Shown here piece after piece: positions 38,499 to 47,810 of a DNA stretch of 64,000 nt. Made by a program: the position numbers and the translations under genes. How positions within the stretch are numbered: position 1 is the stretch's first letter; every line of letters begins with the position of its first letter. The notes below the pieces were generated by a model that made no database searches, was not told the origin of the DNA, and worked only from the letters and a program-made list of their open reading frames with translations. Source of the DNA: Caldisericaceae bacterium (GTDB taxonomy: Bacteria > Caldisericota > Caldisericia > Caldisericales > Caldisericaceae); NCBI GenBank assembly GCA_049967855.1, contig JBMFRX010000006.1:1-64000 (forward strand). Reading direction: 5' to 3'.

Positions 38499-39816
38499 TT
38501 TTGTCTGTTCGGTGTGTGGCTACAAATCTCCCATCAAATTGGGCAAGTGCCCTAATTGCGGCTCCTGGAATAGTTTTATAAATGTTGAGGAAGAGGTTGA
38601 AACTTCAGGCGAAGAAAGTCTGATGCGTCTTGATTCAGAAACTGTCAGAGTGACAGAGGACAGAATGAAAACTGGCATTGAGGAATTTGATAGAGTGCTT
38701 GGAGGTGGCATTGTCGAGGGTTCAATTGTATTAGTGAGTGGTGAACCTGGCATTGGGAAATCGACGCTGTTGCTTCAGGTTGCAGGTGCCATAGCAGAGA
38801 ATGTTGGAAAAGTTCTTTACGTATCAGGAGAGGAATCATACTTCCAGATAAGAATGAGAGCTGAAAGACTCGGCATTAAAAACTCCAATATTCTAATTCT
38901 TACAGAACAAGACGCTCACAGGATAAAGAGTTTCATTGCAAGCGAACAGCCAAAGCTAGTTATCATCGACTCTATCCAAACTATGAACACTCAGGATGTC
39001 GACGGAAACGCAGGGGCAATAACTCAGGTGCGAGAATGCACGCGTGTATTCACTGAAATTGCAAAGAAGACAGGAACCCCCATTATCCTTGTTGGGCACG
39101 TTACCAAAGAAGGCACTATTGCAGGGCCTAAGGCGATCGAACATATAGTTGACGGAGTATTCTACATAGAGGGTTCACGCAACGATGTTCTGAGACTTCT
39201 TAGAAGCGTGAAGAATAGGTTTGGCACCACCAATGAAGCAGGGATGTTCGAAATGAGAGAGTCAGGGCTTGTTGGGGTAAGCGACCCAACACTTGAGTTT
39301 ATCTCTGAAAATGGTGAACTTCCAGTAGGCTCAGCTATTACAGCATCACTTGAGGGCACACTCCCAGTTTTTTTTGAGGTTCAATCTCTTGTTACTCCTA
39401 CGGTTTTCCCTTTGCCAAGAAGAGTAGCCGCTGGTGTTGAGTACAACAGAATTCTTCTGCTTGTTGCAGTTATTGAGAAGCGATTGCGGTTAAAACTGGG
39501 AAGCTTTGATGTGTACGTGAATACGATCGGTGGATTTAGAACAGAGGATAGGTCAATGGACCTTGCACTTTGTATGGCTATAATTTCATCTTATCTTGAT
39601 AAAAAAATCCCCGAGAAGACCGTTATTATGGGTGAGCCTGGCCTTGGAGGTGAGTTGAGGCCGACAATTGGAATTGAGAGAAAAATCAAACACGGCTTGA
39701 GACTCGGTTTTGAAAATTTCCTTGTTCCGTCATTTCTTGAGGGCAAAATAGACATTAAAAGTGCAAACGTTATGTTTGCAAGAGATATTGAAGAGGCTAA
39801 ATCTCTACTGTTCTGA
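38476..39816 (+). CDS. radA: DNA repair protein RadA/Sms
   Basis: C..C..C..C zinc finger, GEPGIGKST, KNRFG. Confidence 0.96.
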   Translation: MKKKTSSSFVCSVCGYKSPIKLGKCPNCGSWNSFINVEEEVETSGEESLMRLDSETVRVTEDRMKTGIEEFDRVLGGGIVEGSIVLVSGEPGIGKSTLLLQVAGAIAENVGKVLYVSGEESYFQIRMRAERLGIKNSNILILTEQDAHRIKSFIASEQPKLVIIDSIQTMNTQDVDGNAGAITQVRECTRVFTEIAKKTGTPIILVGHVTKEGTIAGPKAIEHIVDGVFYIEGSRNDVLRLLRSVKNRFGTTNEAGMFEMRESGLVGVSDPTLEFISENGELPVGSAITASLEGTLPVFFEVQSLVTPTVFPLPRRVAAGVEYNRILLLVAVIEKRLRLKLGSFDVYVNTIGGFRTEDRSMDLALCMAIISSYLDKKIPEKTVIMGEPGLGGELRPTIGIERKIKHGLRLGFENFLVPSFLEGKIDIKSANVMFARDIEEAKSLLF

Positions 39817-40490
39817 TGAAAATCTCTGCGATAATTGCTGCAGCAGGAAAGGGCAAACGCTTCAATGGCGGAACTGATAAAGTTTTTTTACCTATAAATG
39901 GAACTCCTCTAATTTTAATGTCGCTTGAAGTACTCCTTTCTGTTCCTGAGATAGATGAGGTTGTAATTGCACTAAACAGAAATAATATGGCATTGGCAAA
40001 TGAATACCTTCGTTTTGATAAGGTCTCATTTGTGGAAGGAGGAGAAGAGAGGCTTCTGAGTGTCCAGAACGCTGTTTTTAAGTCGAGAAACGATTTTGTT
40101 TTAATTCACGATGCTGCAAGACCTCTAATTACAAAATCCTTTGTTGAATCAATTATTTCTGGGCTGAGTGACGATTCAGATGGAGTCATTCCAGTAGTTT
40201 CTGTCAAATCAACAATCAAAGAAAAGGACGAAGAAGGTTTTGTCAGGAAGACAATTCCTAGAAGAAATTTAGTTGAAGTTCAAACGCCTCAGTTCTTCAG
40301 AAAGGACATCCTGTTGAAGGCCTATCAGAGTGAATATTTTAATTTGAATGCTACCGATGAGTCTTCCATTGTTGAGGATGCAGGCGGAAAAGTGAAAACC
40401 ATCAAAGGAATTGAGGAAAATATTAAAGTAACAACGCCTTTTGATTATTTTATGGTAGATAAAATAATAGAGCAATGGAAAAAAGAGTAG
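39816..40490 (+). CDS. ispD: MEP cytidylyltransferase
   Basis: AAG.G.R, GG.ER..SV, IHDAARP, QTPQ, NIKVT. Confidence 0.92.
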   Translation: MKISAIIAAAGKGKRFNGGTDKVFLPINGTPLILMSLEVLLSVPEIDEVVIALNRNNMALANEYLRFDKVSFVEGGEERLLSVQNAVFKSRNDFVLIHDAARPLITKSFVESIISGLSDDSDGVIPVVSVKSTIKEKDEEGFVRKTIPRRNLVEVQTPQFFRKDILLKAYQSEYFNLNATDESSIVEDAGGKVKTIKGIEENIKVTTPFDYFMVDKIIEQWKKE

Positions 40491-40954
40491 GAATAGGTTA
40501 CGACTCTCACAGGCTTGTTGAGGGCAGAAAATTGATTTTGGGAGGAATTGAGATTCCTTTTGAATTAGGTCTCCTGGGTCACTCCGATGGCGATGCCCTC
40601 ACGCATGCTATAATGGATGCACTCCTTGGGGCGTCAGGTTTGCCTGATATTGGGGTTCTTTTTCCTGATTCTGACCCTTCTTATGCGGGAGTCTCGAGTA
40701 TGGTTCTTCTCACAGAGGTTAAAACTTTAATTTCTGCGGCAAAAGTCAAGATTGTTAACATTGATTGTGTTGTTGTAAGTGAAAAGCCGAAATTGTCGCC
40801 TTACTATAATGAAATGAAAAAGGCAATAGCAAAAACCCTTGAAATCGATGTGAACCTTGTTAATATAAAGGCAAAAACCAACGAGGGAATGGGGTTCATA
40901 GGGGAAGGTAAGGGCATCGCCTGCCTTGTTGTTGCGCTGGTCGAAAAGAATTGA
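40475..40954 (+). CDS. ispF: MECDP synthase
   Basis: GIGYDSH, GHSDGD..HA..DA, DIG..FPD. Confidence 0.95.
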   Translation: MEKRVGIGYDSHRLVEGRKLILGGIEIPFELGLLGHSDGDALTHAIMDALLGASGLPDIGVLFPDSDPSYAGVSSMVLLTEVKTLISAAKVKIVNIDCVVVSEKPKLSPYYNEMKKAIAKTLEIDVNLVNIKAKTNEGMGFIGEGKGIACLVVALVEKN

Positions 40955-40958
40955 AATA

Positions 40959-42242
40959 TTAAGTAATCAAGCCCCTCACTATTACAATTGGTGTCTGCTG
41001 GTCTTCGTTTCCTGCGGGATTGTCTGAAAGAGCAACTTCAAGTTTATCTTTATTAACTCGGCTTGTATAGCCAACTGCCCAGGCTGCCCCAATGTCGTTT
41101 GCATCGATTATTGCTGCATCCAATCCAGTTTTGTTTTTTATTTCGTTAGCGGCAGCAAAAGAATCCTTCGGTCCTGGGATAACTGAGTAGTCATAAGGAG
41201 GTATCGCTGCAGGAGGATCATCTATCAGTGCAGATTGAGGGCCTGCCACAACGTAAAACCACCCGCTCTTTCGAAGTGTTTTGCCTATTGCTCCAGCAAT
41301 TGTCCCGAGGATTATTCTCGGCTTGCCAACCTCTCTTATAGCAATTTCCATTGATGCAGGGTTTGCAAGAGGAGCTGCTCCACCAAAAGGGACATTCTTA
41401 TGAGACACGAAATGTGAAACAATTCGCGCAACACGAGAAACTCTGATTGTGTCAACAGTGTAAACCCTTTCCTCTGCTATTGCAACAACGCAAGATGAAA
41501 CAGTAATTATGTCATTCTTCTCTCTGATACCTTTGGTTGCTTCATCGATAATCGAATATATATCGTCGCCTTCTTTTATTATTGGTGTTTTAATAGGAAT
41601 TTTCTCAACGCCATTTATGTGACCTCGAGAGATTTTTTCTCTGTATTGAAAGGGAACTTCTGGAAAAATATTTTGAGCAAACTTGTAGAGTTCATTGTCG
41701 CCTGGGTGAGATTTTACTCCTGCGAGAAGTACCTGTTTTGCTTTATCTTTCTTGCCATTTTTCAACAACACCTCGGCAAAGTGCCTGAAGTCACTTCCAT
41801 AAAAATCTGATGGTTCAAGTGCGTAGAACAGTTCAAAATATTTTTCGGCTTCCTCGTAGTTTTTCTCCTCAAAAGAAATAATTGAAAGGCGTTTGAGAAT
41901 ATACCGATATGGTGACATTGTGCTTCTTTCTGGCTGCTTGAAGGAAATAAGCAGCTCTTTGTAAATGGAACTGGCCTTATTGGCATCTTTTAGTTCAAAG
42001 TAATAGAAGTCCCCAAGCATCATCTTGAGCCAGAGATTGGCAGGATTATTTTTAACTCCCTGCATTAGAACTTTAAGCGCGCCTTCTTTATCGCCTTTCC
42101 TCACTAAGAGGTAGGCAAGATACCTGTGTGCTCCAATATTCTCTTCGGGGCTCTTGCTTACAAAATCTTCCATCAGGCTTATTGCACTGTCAATTTGCCC
42201 TTCGTTTTTCAACCTGCGTGCTTTATCGATCATTGTTGTCAT
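40959..42242 (-). CDS. TPR-repeat protein fused to a CofE-like (F420:gamma-glutamyl ligase family) domain
   Basis: About 195 aa of TPR-like helical repeats, then IPIKTPIIKEGDD..., V.S.VVAIAE.R, IIDAND and NPAG...QQTPIVIVR. Confidence 0.72.
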   Translation of the reverse strand: MTTMIDKARRLKNEGQIDSAISLMEDFVSKSPEENIGAHRYLAYLLVRKGDKEGALKVLMQGVKNNPANLWLKMMLGDFYYFELKDANKASSIYKELLISFKQPERSTMSPYRYILKRLSIISFEEKNYEEAEKYFELFYALEPSDFYGSDFRHFAEVLLKNGKKDKAKQVLLAGVKSHPGDNELYKFAQNIFPEVPFQYREKISRGHINGVEKIPIKTPIIKEGDDIYSIIDEATKGIREKNDIITVSSCVVAIAEERVYTVDTIRVSRVARIVSHFVSHKNVPFGGAAPLANPASMEIAIREVGKPRIILGTIAGAIGKTLRKSGWFYVVAGPQSALIDDPPAAIPPYDYSVIPGPKDSFAAANEIKNKTGLDAAIIDANDIGAAWAVGYTSRVNKDKLEVALSDNPAGNEDQQTPIVIVRGLIT

Positions 42243-42787
42243 AGTCCAAGCTCCTCGCTGATATTTTTCATTGCATCCAGAGACAAATTTAAGAACTCTT
42301 CAAGAGAAAGGCCGATGTCGGAGCAGCTTGCTATTTGCTCTCTGTTTGCTCCTTCTGCAAAACGTTTTTCTTTGAATCTCTTTATGAGAAAATCCAAACT
42401 GACATTTGAGAGTCTCTTTCCTTTTACAAGAGCGCATGCTGTTATAAGTCCAGTTACAGGATCGGCAGCGTAAAGTGCCTTGTCAAGTTTTGAGTTTCTT
42501 GGTAAATTGAGCACAGGGTTGTGTGCCTTTACAGCATAGACGATTCTTTCGTCCAGACCAAGGTCCTGTAGGACTTTAGCTCCTTCAATGCCATGTCTCT
42601 TCAAAGAGTGACTTGTTGAGTCATAATCGATGTCATGCGTAAGTCCTGCGATGCCCCATAAGTCTGCATTCTCTGAAAAATGAATTGCGAGGCTTTTCAT
42701 AACCGCCTCAGTGGCAAGAAGATGTTTTATAATATTATCCTCTTTTAGTCGTTTTTTGAGTTCCTGCAACAATTCTTCTCTTTCCAT
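42239..42787 (-). CDS. HD-superfamily hydrolase
   Basis: H...E..M, GL.HDIDY, HG, AH, AADP.TG, F..GANRE. Confidence 0.85.
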   Translation of the reverse strand: MEREELLQELKKRLKEDNIIKHLLATEAVMKSLAIHFSENADLWGIAGLTHDIDYDSTSHSLKRHGIEGAKVLQDLGLDERIVYAVKAHNPVLNLPRNSKLDKALYAADPVTGLITACALVKGKRLSNVSLDFLIKRFKEKRFAEGANREQIASCSDIGLSLEEFLNLSLDAMKNISEELGL

Positions 42788-42896
42788 ATAGATGCCTCGA
42801 TTAGCAATTATATTATAAATGCAGCTAAAGTCAAACGGCTGCTTGAAGTGGGGCGTTAACATTGTAAAGAGGGCTCCAAACTGGTATAATATAAAT

Positions 42897-43928
42897 ATGG
42901 AACTGGAAAAACGTAAGGAAGAAATACTTAAGAGGATTGTGGCTGAGTATATCGACACAGGGCAGCCAGTTGGTTCTGAGAAGCTTACAGAGAAGTTGGG
43001 AATGCCAGTCTCTTCTGCGACTGTTCGGAACGATATGGCTGAGCTTGAGAAATTGGGTTATATATATCAGCCGTATACTTCCTCAGGAAGAGTCCCTACG
43101 ACGAAGGGCTATAGATTCTATGTAGAGGATTTTGTTAGAAACAGAAAGCCAATTGAGCTAAACAAAATTAAAATTCCTGAGCCTGAGAAAATAAAAAACC
43201 TCCACGAGGTTCTTTCTGAAGTTTCCGACTTGATTTCGCTTCATACGAATGAGATTTCACTTGTAGTGTCGCCTGGAGTTGACGAAGTCAAAATAAACTA
43301 CATACATTTCTTTGTCGTGGCACCCCAGTCGTTGTATATGGTTGTTGTTACAAGCTTACAGACGTCTGAAACGGTTATGCTTGGCAACTTTCCAATTAAC
43401 AAGAATACATTGCTCAAGTTGGAGCGATTTTTGAACATCGAAATTGCATCGATGTCAACAAGGAGCGCCCTCTTGAAAATGAAAAGGAAGAATTTCTTTG
43501 CTGAGGAGTTGGGGGATAATATTGCTATTGTCCAGGCAGTTTATAACTACCTTAAAGATGAGCTAAACAAAGGAGCTACCAGACAAATCTACATAAAGGG
43601 GATATCAAATCTTCTTACAACAAGAATTGCTGTTGCGGAACAGAAGGTGAAATTTCTCTTGAATATTCTCGAAGAAAAGAAGATCGTTGGCGAAATAATA
43701 GAAAATGTTCCTCAAGACGAGAGCAATATCGGATTTGCTATCGGAGACGAGAATACTCTTCCTGAATTGTGGGATTATAGCTTAATTTCTGTCAAATATA
43801 CTGTAAAGGAAATGGAGGGAACCCTTGCACTTCTTGGGCCTGTCAGAATGGATTACGTGAAGGGAATATACGTTCTAGAGAGAATTGCTGAAAAGCTTGA
43901 AGAAATAGCAGACAAAATAGTTGAATGA
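42897..43928 (+). CDS. hrcA: Heat-inducible transcription repressor
   Basis: YI.TG.PVGS, SSATVRNDMA.LE, SSGRVPT.KGYR, GP.RMDY. Confidence 0.94.
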   Translation: MELEKRKEEILKRIVAEYIDTGQPVGSEKLTEKLGMPVSSATVRNDMAELEKLGYIYQPYTSSGRVPTTKGYRFYVEDFVRNRKPIELNKIKIPEPEKIKNLHEVLSEVSDLISLHTNEISLVVSPGVDEVKINYIHFFVVAPQSLYMVVVTSLQTSETVMLGNFPINKNTLLKLERFLNIEIASMSTRSALLKMKRKNFFAEELGDNIAIVQAVYNYLKDELNKGATRQIYIKGISNLLTTRIAVAEQKVKFLLNILEEKKIVGEIIENVPQDESNIGFAIGDENTLPELWDYSLISVKYTVKEMEGTLALLGPVRMDYVKGIYVLERIAEKLEEIADKIVE

Positions 43929-45160
43929 AAATAGCAATTGCGACTCTGGGTTGCAAAACAAACCAGTATGAGTCAGAACTGATAAAGGAATCTTTTGAAG
44001 AGCGGCGTTGCGAGTTTGTTGATTACAAAGAAAGCGCAGATCTCTACATTGTTAACTCCTGTGTTGTTACGGGTAAGGCAGAGGCAGAGACGAGAAAACT
44101 TGTAAGCGATGCTCTGAGGAATAACCCTGAAGCAAAAGTTATTTTGACGGGCTGTTTTGTGCCTCTTCACGGAGATTTTAATAAGAAGAATGTTCTATTA
44201 TACTCTGGTGAAAGGCGAAACATAGCAAATTTCTTTTATGAAAGAATCAATACGGAGCCTGCAATTGATGATGAGAAAATAAAAGAATTTTCAGAACATA
44301 CGAGGGCTGTTGTTAAAATAGAGGAAGGTTGCAATAATTTTTGCACATACTGCGTTGTGCCATTTACACGCGGGTATTACATAAGAAGTAAGGGAATCGA
44401 CAGAGTTGTGGAGGAAGTGTCATCACTTGTTTCGGCAGGATACAAAGAAATAGTTCTCACTGGAACAGAAATTGGGAAATATGGAGAAGACAAGGGCACA
44501 AATATTGCGACACTGCTTTCGAACCTCAAGAAGATAGAAGGGTTGAAGCGCCTGAGGATAAGTTCTATTCACCCAAAGCATGTAACAGATGAACTAATTG
44601 GTGAGATCAGTTATCCAATCGTTCCTCACCTGCATATTTCATTACAATCAGGAGACAATGAGGTTCTTAAGAGAATGAACAGAGGCTATACAATTGAGCA
44701 TTATCTTGACATCGTTAAGAAACTGAGGAATGTGGATAAGAATTTCTCTATAAGCACTGATTTGATAGTAGGCTTCCCTGGAGAAACAGAAGACGCCTTC
44801 CTGAACACGATGAGCGTTGTTTCCTTTGTTCAACTATCAAAGGTTCATATATTCAGATTCTCCAGAAGGCCCTTCACCCCTGCATTCTATATGGAGGAGA
44901 CTGTCTCTGAGCAGCTCAAGAAGTTGCGCTCATCGCATCTTAAGGAGTTAGCAAACTCAGTTCAGAAATCCTATAAGGAACGTTTTATCGGAAAGGCAGT
45001 GGAAGTTCTCGTGGAAGATACCGATGGAGGTTTGCTATCTGGATTTACTCCCTACTATCTCAGGGTCAAGTTTAATGGTAAGTCTCATCAACGGGAGTTT
45101 GCACAGGTTAGAATAGAAAGAGTCGACGAGGGTTTTATGTACGGGACTGAAGTTTACTAG
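43925..45160 (+). CDS. mtaB: tRNA t6A37 methylthiotransferase
   Basis: TLGCKTNQYES, NSCVVT, C.N.CTYC radical-SAM motif, TRAM tail. Confidence 0.88.
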   Translation: MKIAIATLGCKTNQYESELIKESFEERRCEFVDYKESADLYIVNSCVVTGKAEAETRKLVSDALRNNPEAKVILTGCFVPLHGDFNKKNVLLYSGERRNIANFFYERINTEPAIDDEKIKEFSEHTRAVVKIEEGCNNFCTYCVVPFTRGYYIRSKGIDRVVEEVSSLVSAGYKEIVLTGTEIGKYGEDKGTNIATLLSNLKKIEGLKRLRISSIHPKHVTDELIGEISYPIVPHLHISLQSGDNEVLKRMNRGYTIEHYLDIVKKLRNVDKNFSISTDLIVGFPGETEDAFLNTMSVVSFVQLSKVHIFRFSRRPFTPAFYMEETVSEQLKKLRSSHLKELANSVQKSYKERFIGKAVEVLVEDTDGGLLSGFTPYYLRVKFNGKSHQREFAQVRIERVDEGFMYGTEVY

Positions 45161-46026
45161 TTTTCAATTATTTTCTTTATGAAAGATTTCAGTTCCTTTC
45201 CAAAATCGTCTCTTTTGAGAGCCAGGGCAATATTTGCTTTGAGGTAACCAAGCTTGTCGCCCACGTCGTAACGTGTCCCTTTGAATTCGTAAGCATAAAC
45301 GTCAACTTTGGCGAGAGTTTTGTTGATTGCATCTGTAAGCTGAATCTCGCCACCTTTACCAGGTTCAGTATTTTCAAGTGCCCAAAAAATATCCTTTGTA
45401 AGAAGATATCTTCCAACAATTGCAAGATTTGAGGGAGCTTCTGCAGGTTCTGGTTTCTCTACGAGTCCCTTCACCCTGTATACTCTTTGTGCAACTTTAT
45501 CTCCTTCAATGATTCCGTACATATTTGTTTGACCGATTGGAATTTTCATTACGGCGAGGATTATCCCTTGAAAATTATCATAGACTGCTTTCATCTGGGC
45601 AAGGCAGGGCTTATCGCCGTCTATTATGTCATCAGCAAGCATCGTGGCAAAAGTTTCATTATTTACAAAGCCTTTAGCCTGGTATACTGCATCTCCGAGG
45701 CCTCTTGCAATTTTTTGGCGTATGTAAAAAATCTTTACCATCTCAGAGACTTCCTTAACCTGTTTCAGCAAATCAGTTTTTCCTTTTATCTCGAGTTCTT
45801 GCTCGAGTTCGAAGGCATAGTCAAAGTAGTCCTCTATCGCTCTTTTGCCTCTACCTGTCACAAACAGCAAATCCTCGATGCCAGAATAAACTGCTTCCTC
45901 TACGATGTATTGAACAGCGGGCTTGTCAACTACTGGAAGCATTTCCTTAGGTTGAGCTTTTGTTGCAGGGAGCAAGCGTGTACCGAAGCCTGCAACTGGT
46001 ATTACTGCTTTCTTTATTTCTGCCAT
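45157..46026 (-). CDS. galU: UTP--glucose-1-phosphate uridylyltransferase
   Basis: AG.GTR.LPATKA.PKEMLP, VEKP, EIQLTDA. Confidence 0.95.
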   Translation of the reverse strand: MAEIKKAVIPVAGFGTRLLPATKAQPKEMLPVVDKPAVQYIVEEAVYSGIEDLLFVTGRGKRAIEDYFDYAFELEQELEIKGKTDLLKQVKEVSEMVKIFYIRQKIARGLGDAVYQAKGFVNNETFATMLADDIIDGDKPCLAQMKAVYDNFQGIILAVMKIPIGQTNMYGIIEGDKVAQRVYRVKGLVEKPEPAEAPSNLAIVGRYLLTKDIFWALENTEPGKGGEIQLTDAINKTLAKVDVYAYEFKGTRYDVGDKLGYLKANIALALKRDDFGKELKSFIKKIIEN

Positions 46027-46202
46027 TTTTCCTCCTTGACTTATTATACATTTTATTTGATTTTTAAAAAGAAGCTTTGGCAGTTGAAAAGGATTTGATT
46101 ATGGCAAGGTATTTTTGGATGTAAATTTTACTCGATATTCATAGAGGTAATGTGCCAAGTAGAAAATAATCTATTCAAGCCATTAAAAAACGAAGAAAGC
46201 TA

Positions 46203-46492
46203 TTGAAAAAAATGAGAATTCTGGTAAACTTATTAAGCAGTTTTAAATGCAAGTTGGAAATTCTTCCTTCCTGCAAGAGATGCTTTAAACATAAAGCCTA
46301 TACATTTGAATGGAAGGAATCCGTGCCAGTGAAGAGGAGAAAACCTCTCTAAAAAACCTACCTATCGAGCATAGGAAAGTTATGCCTATTCTGGATGTCG
46401 CAAGAGGATTTTTCTCCTTCCTCTCTGTATCAAGAATAGGAAGCATCTCTTAGAGGTGTAGTTCGCTAATTCTTTGAAAGGGGGTGGCTGAA
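46203..46492 (+). promoter_or_regulatory. Promoter plus about 250-nt structured leader of speD-speE-mtaD
   Basis: TTGAAA (46203)...TGgTAAACT (46222-46230); several long complementary segments and two uORFs (see findings). Confidence 0.55.
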
Positions 46493-46912
46493 ATGCGTAC
46501 CGAAGGTAAGCACATTATTATGGATGCTTCTGGCTGCAAACCAGAGCTTCTGAATGACCTCGACTACCTGAAGAAGCTTCTACAAGAAGCTGCAGAGAAA
46601 GCTAATGCAACAGTTTTAAACGTTGCGTTTCACCACTTTAGCCCTCAGGGGGTTAGTGGGGTGGTGGTAATTTCTGAGTCCCACCTGTCAATTCATACCT
46701 GGCCTGAGTATGGCTATGCTGCACTTGATTTTTATACGTGCGGTGATATTGATCCTCAGGCTGCCTGTGAGTATGTGGCTCAAACGCTTGGAGCCGACCA
46801 TATCCAGACAACTATGATTGCAAGAGGCGAAGAAGGGACCGATGGTAGTTACCTCCACAGGATTGTGAAGGAGAAAGAAAAGCATAGTGAAGAATTATCT
46901 CTATTTTCATGA
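46493..46912 (+). CDS. speD: S-adenosylmethionine decarboxylase proenzyme
   Basis: F.PQGVSGVVVISESHLSIHTWPE...D.YTCG self-cleavage motif; GGGGG SD before ATG 46493. Confidence 0.94.
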   Translation: MRTEGKHIIMDASGCKPELLNDLDYLKKLLQEAAEKANATVLNVAFHHFSPQGVSGVVVISESHLSIHTWPEYGYAALDFYTCGDIDPQAACEYVAQTLGADHIQTTMIARGEEGTDGSYLHRIVKEKEKHSEELSLFS

Positions 46913-47807
46913 TCGGTTTGGGCCATACGAAGAGCATGTTCATGCATTAGAGAAGGTTCTTTATGAAGAGAGGACTCCCTACCAGTTGATTCAACTAGTC
47001 GAGAGTCCTGTTTTTGGAAAAATGCTTATCATTGACGGTGACGTTCAATCGTCAGTCAGAGATGAATACATTTACCATGAGTCTCTTGTTCATCCAGCAA
47101 TGCTTCTTAATGGCGAACCAAAAACCGTTATCATATTGGGAGGTGGCGAAGGCGCTACTGCCCGCGAGGTGCTTAAACATAAAAGTGTTGTCAAGGTTAT
47201 AATGATTGACATCGACAGAGAAGCAATTTCATTATCGAAGCAGCACTTGAAAGAATGGCATCAAGGAGCTTTTGAAGATAAGAGGCTCGTTGTTATAAAT
47301 TCAGATGCAAGAAGTTTCATCGAATCAGAGGTTTCTCAGGCATCCGTAGATGTTGTAATCAGTGACCTAACTGAGCCCTTTGAGGGTGGGCCTTCTTTTA
47401 GACTTTTTTCTAAGGAGTTCTACAAGACTGTTTTTTCAAAACTTAAGGACGACGGGTTATTAGCAATTCAGTCTTCAATGCTCAGAGTAACCGACTTTAG
47501 GACGCACTCACTCATAAGAAATACTGTTAAAAGTGTCTTTCCATTTGTGAGTAGCTATTCAACATATGTACCGTCATTTGATACTACCTGGAGCTTCATA
47601 CTTGCGTCTAAGAAGAACGTCACTGAAAGTTTTTCACCTACGGCTATCGATGCAAAAATTTCTGAGAAGGTTAAAGGCGTGCTCCGATTTTATAGCGGCA
47701 CTTCTCATGCTGCTATGTTTTCTCTCTCGAAGGATATTGAAGAGCTCATATCATCTGTGGGTGGAATAATTGCTGATAATGAGCCTTTGAGCATTAGCTC
47801 GAAATAA
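46887..47807 (+). CDS. speE: Polyamine aminopropyltransferase
   Basis: T.YQ.I, IDG..Q...DE.IYHE.LVHP, LGGGEG..ARE, DID, D..EP. Confidence 0.92.
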   Translation: MKNYLYFHDRFGPYEEHVHALEKVLYEERTPYQLIQLVESPVFGKMLIIDGDVQSSVRDEYIYHESLVHPAMLLNGEPKTVIILGGGEGATAREVLKHKSVVKVIMIDIDREAISLSKQHLKEWHQGAFEDKRLVVINSDARSFIESEVSQASVDVVISDLTEPFEGGPSFRLFSKEFYKTVFSKLKDDGLLAIQSSMLRVTDFRTHSLIRNTVKSVFPFVSSYSTYVPSFDTTWSFILASKKNVTESFSPTAIDAKISEKVKGVLRFYSGTSHAAMFSLSKDIEELISSVGGIIADNEPLSISSK

Positions 47808-47810
47808 TAA

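Noticed and set aside
42801..42828. TTAGC...GCTAA upstream of hrcA as CIRCE
   Set aside because: Only the outer 5 bp match and the spacing is one base too long.
46300..46450. SAM-I or glycine riboswitch in the speD leader
   Set aside because: GGAAGGAA..GCCAGTGAAG is only vaguely similar. There is no AUC/GAU P1, no GCAACC...GGUGC core and no glycine aptamer core.
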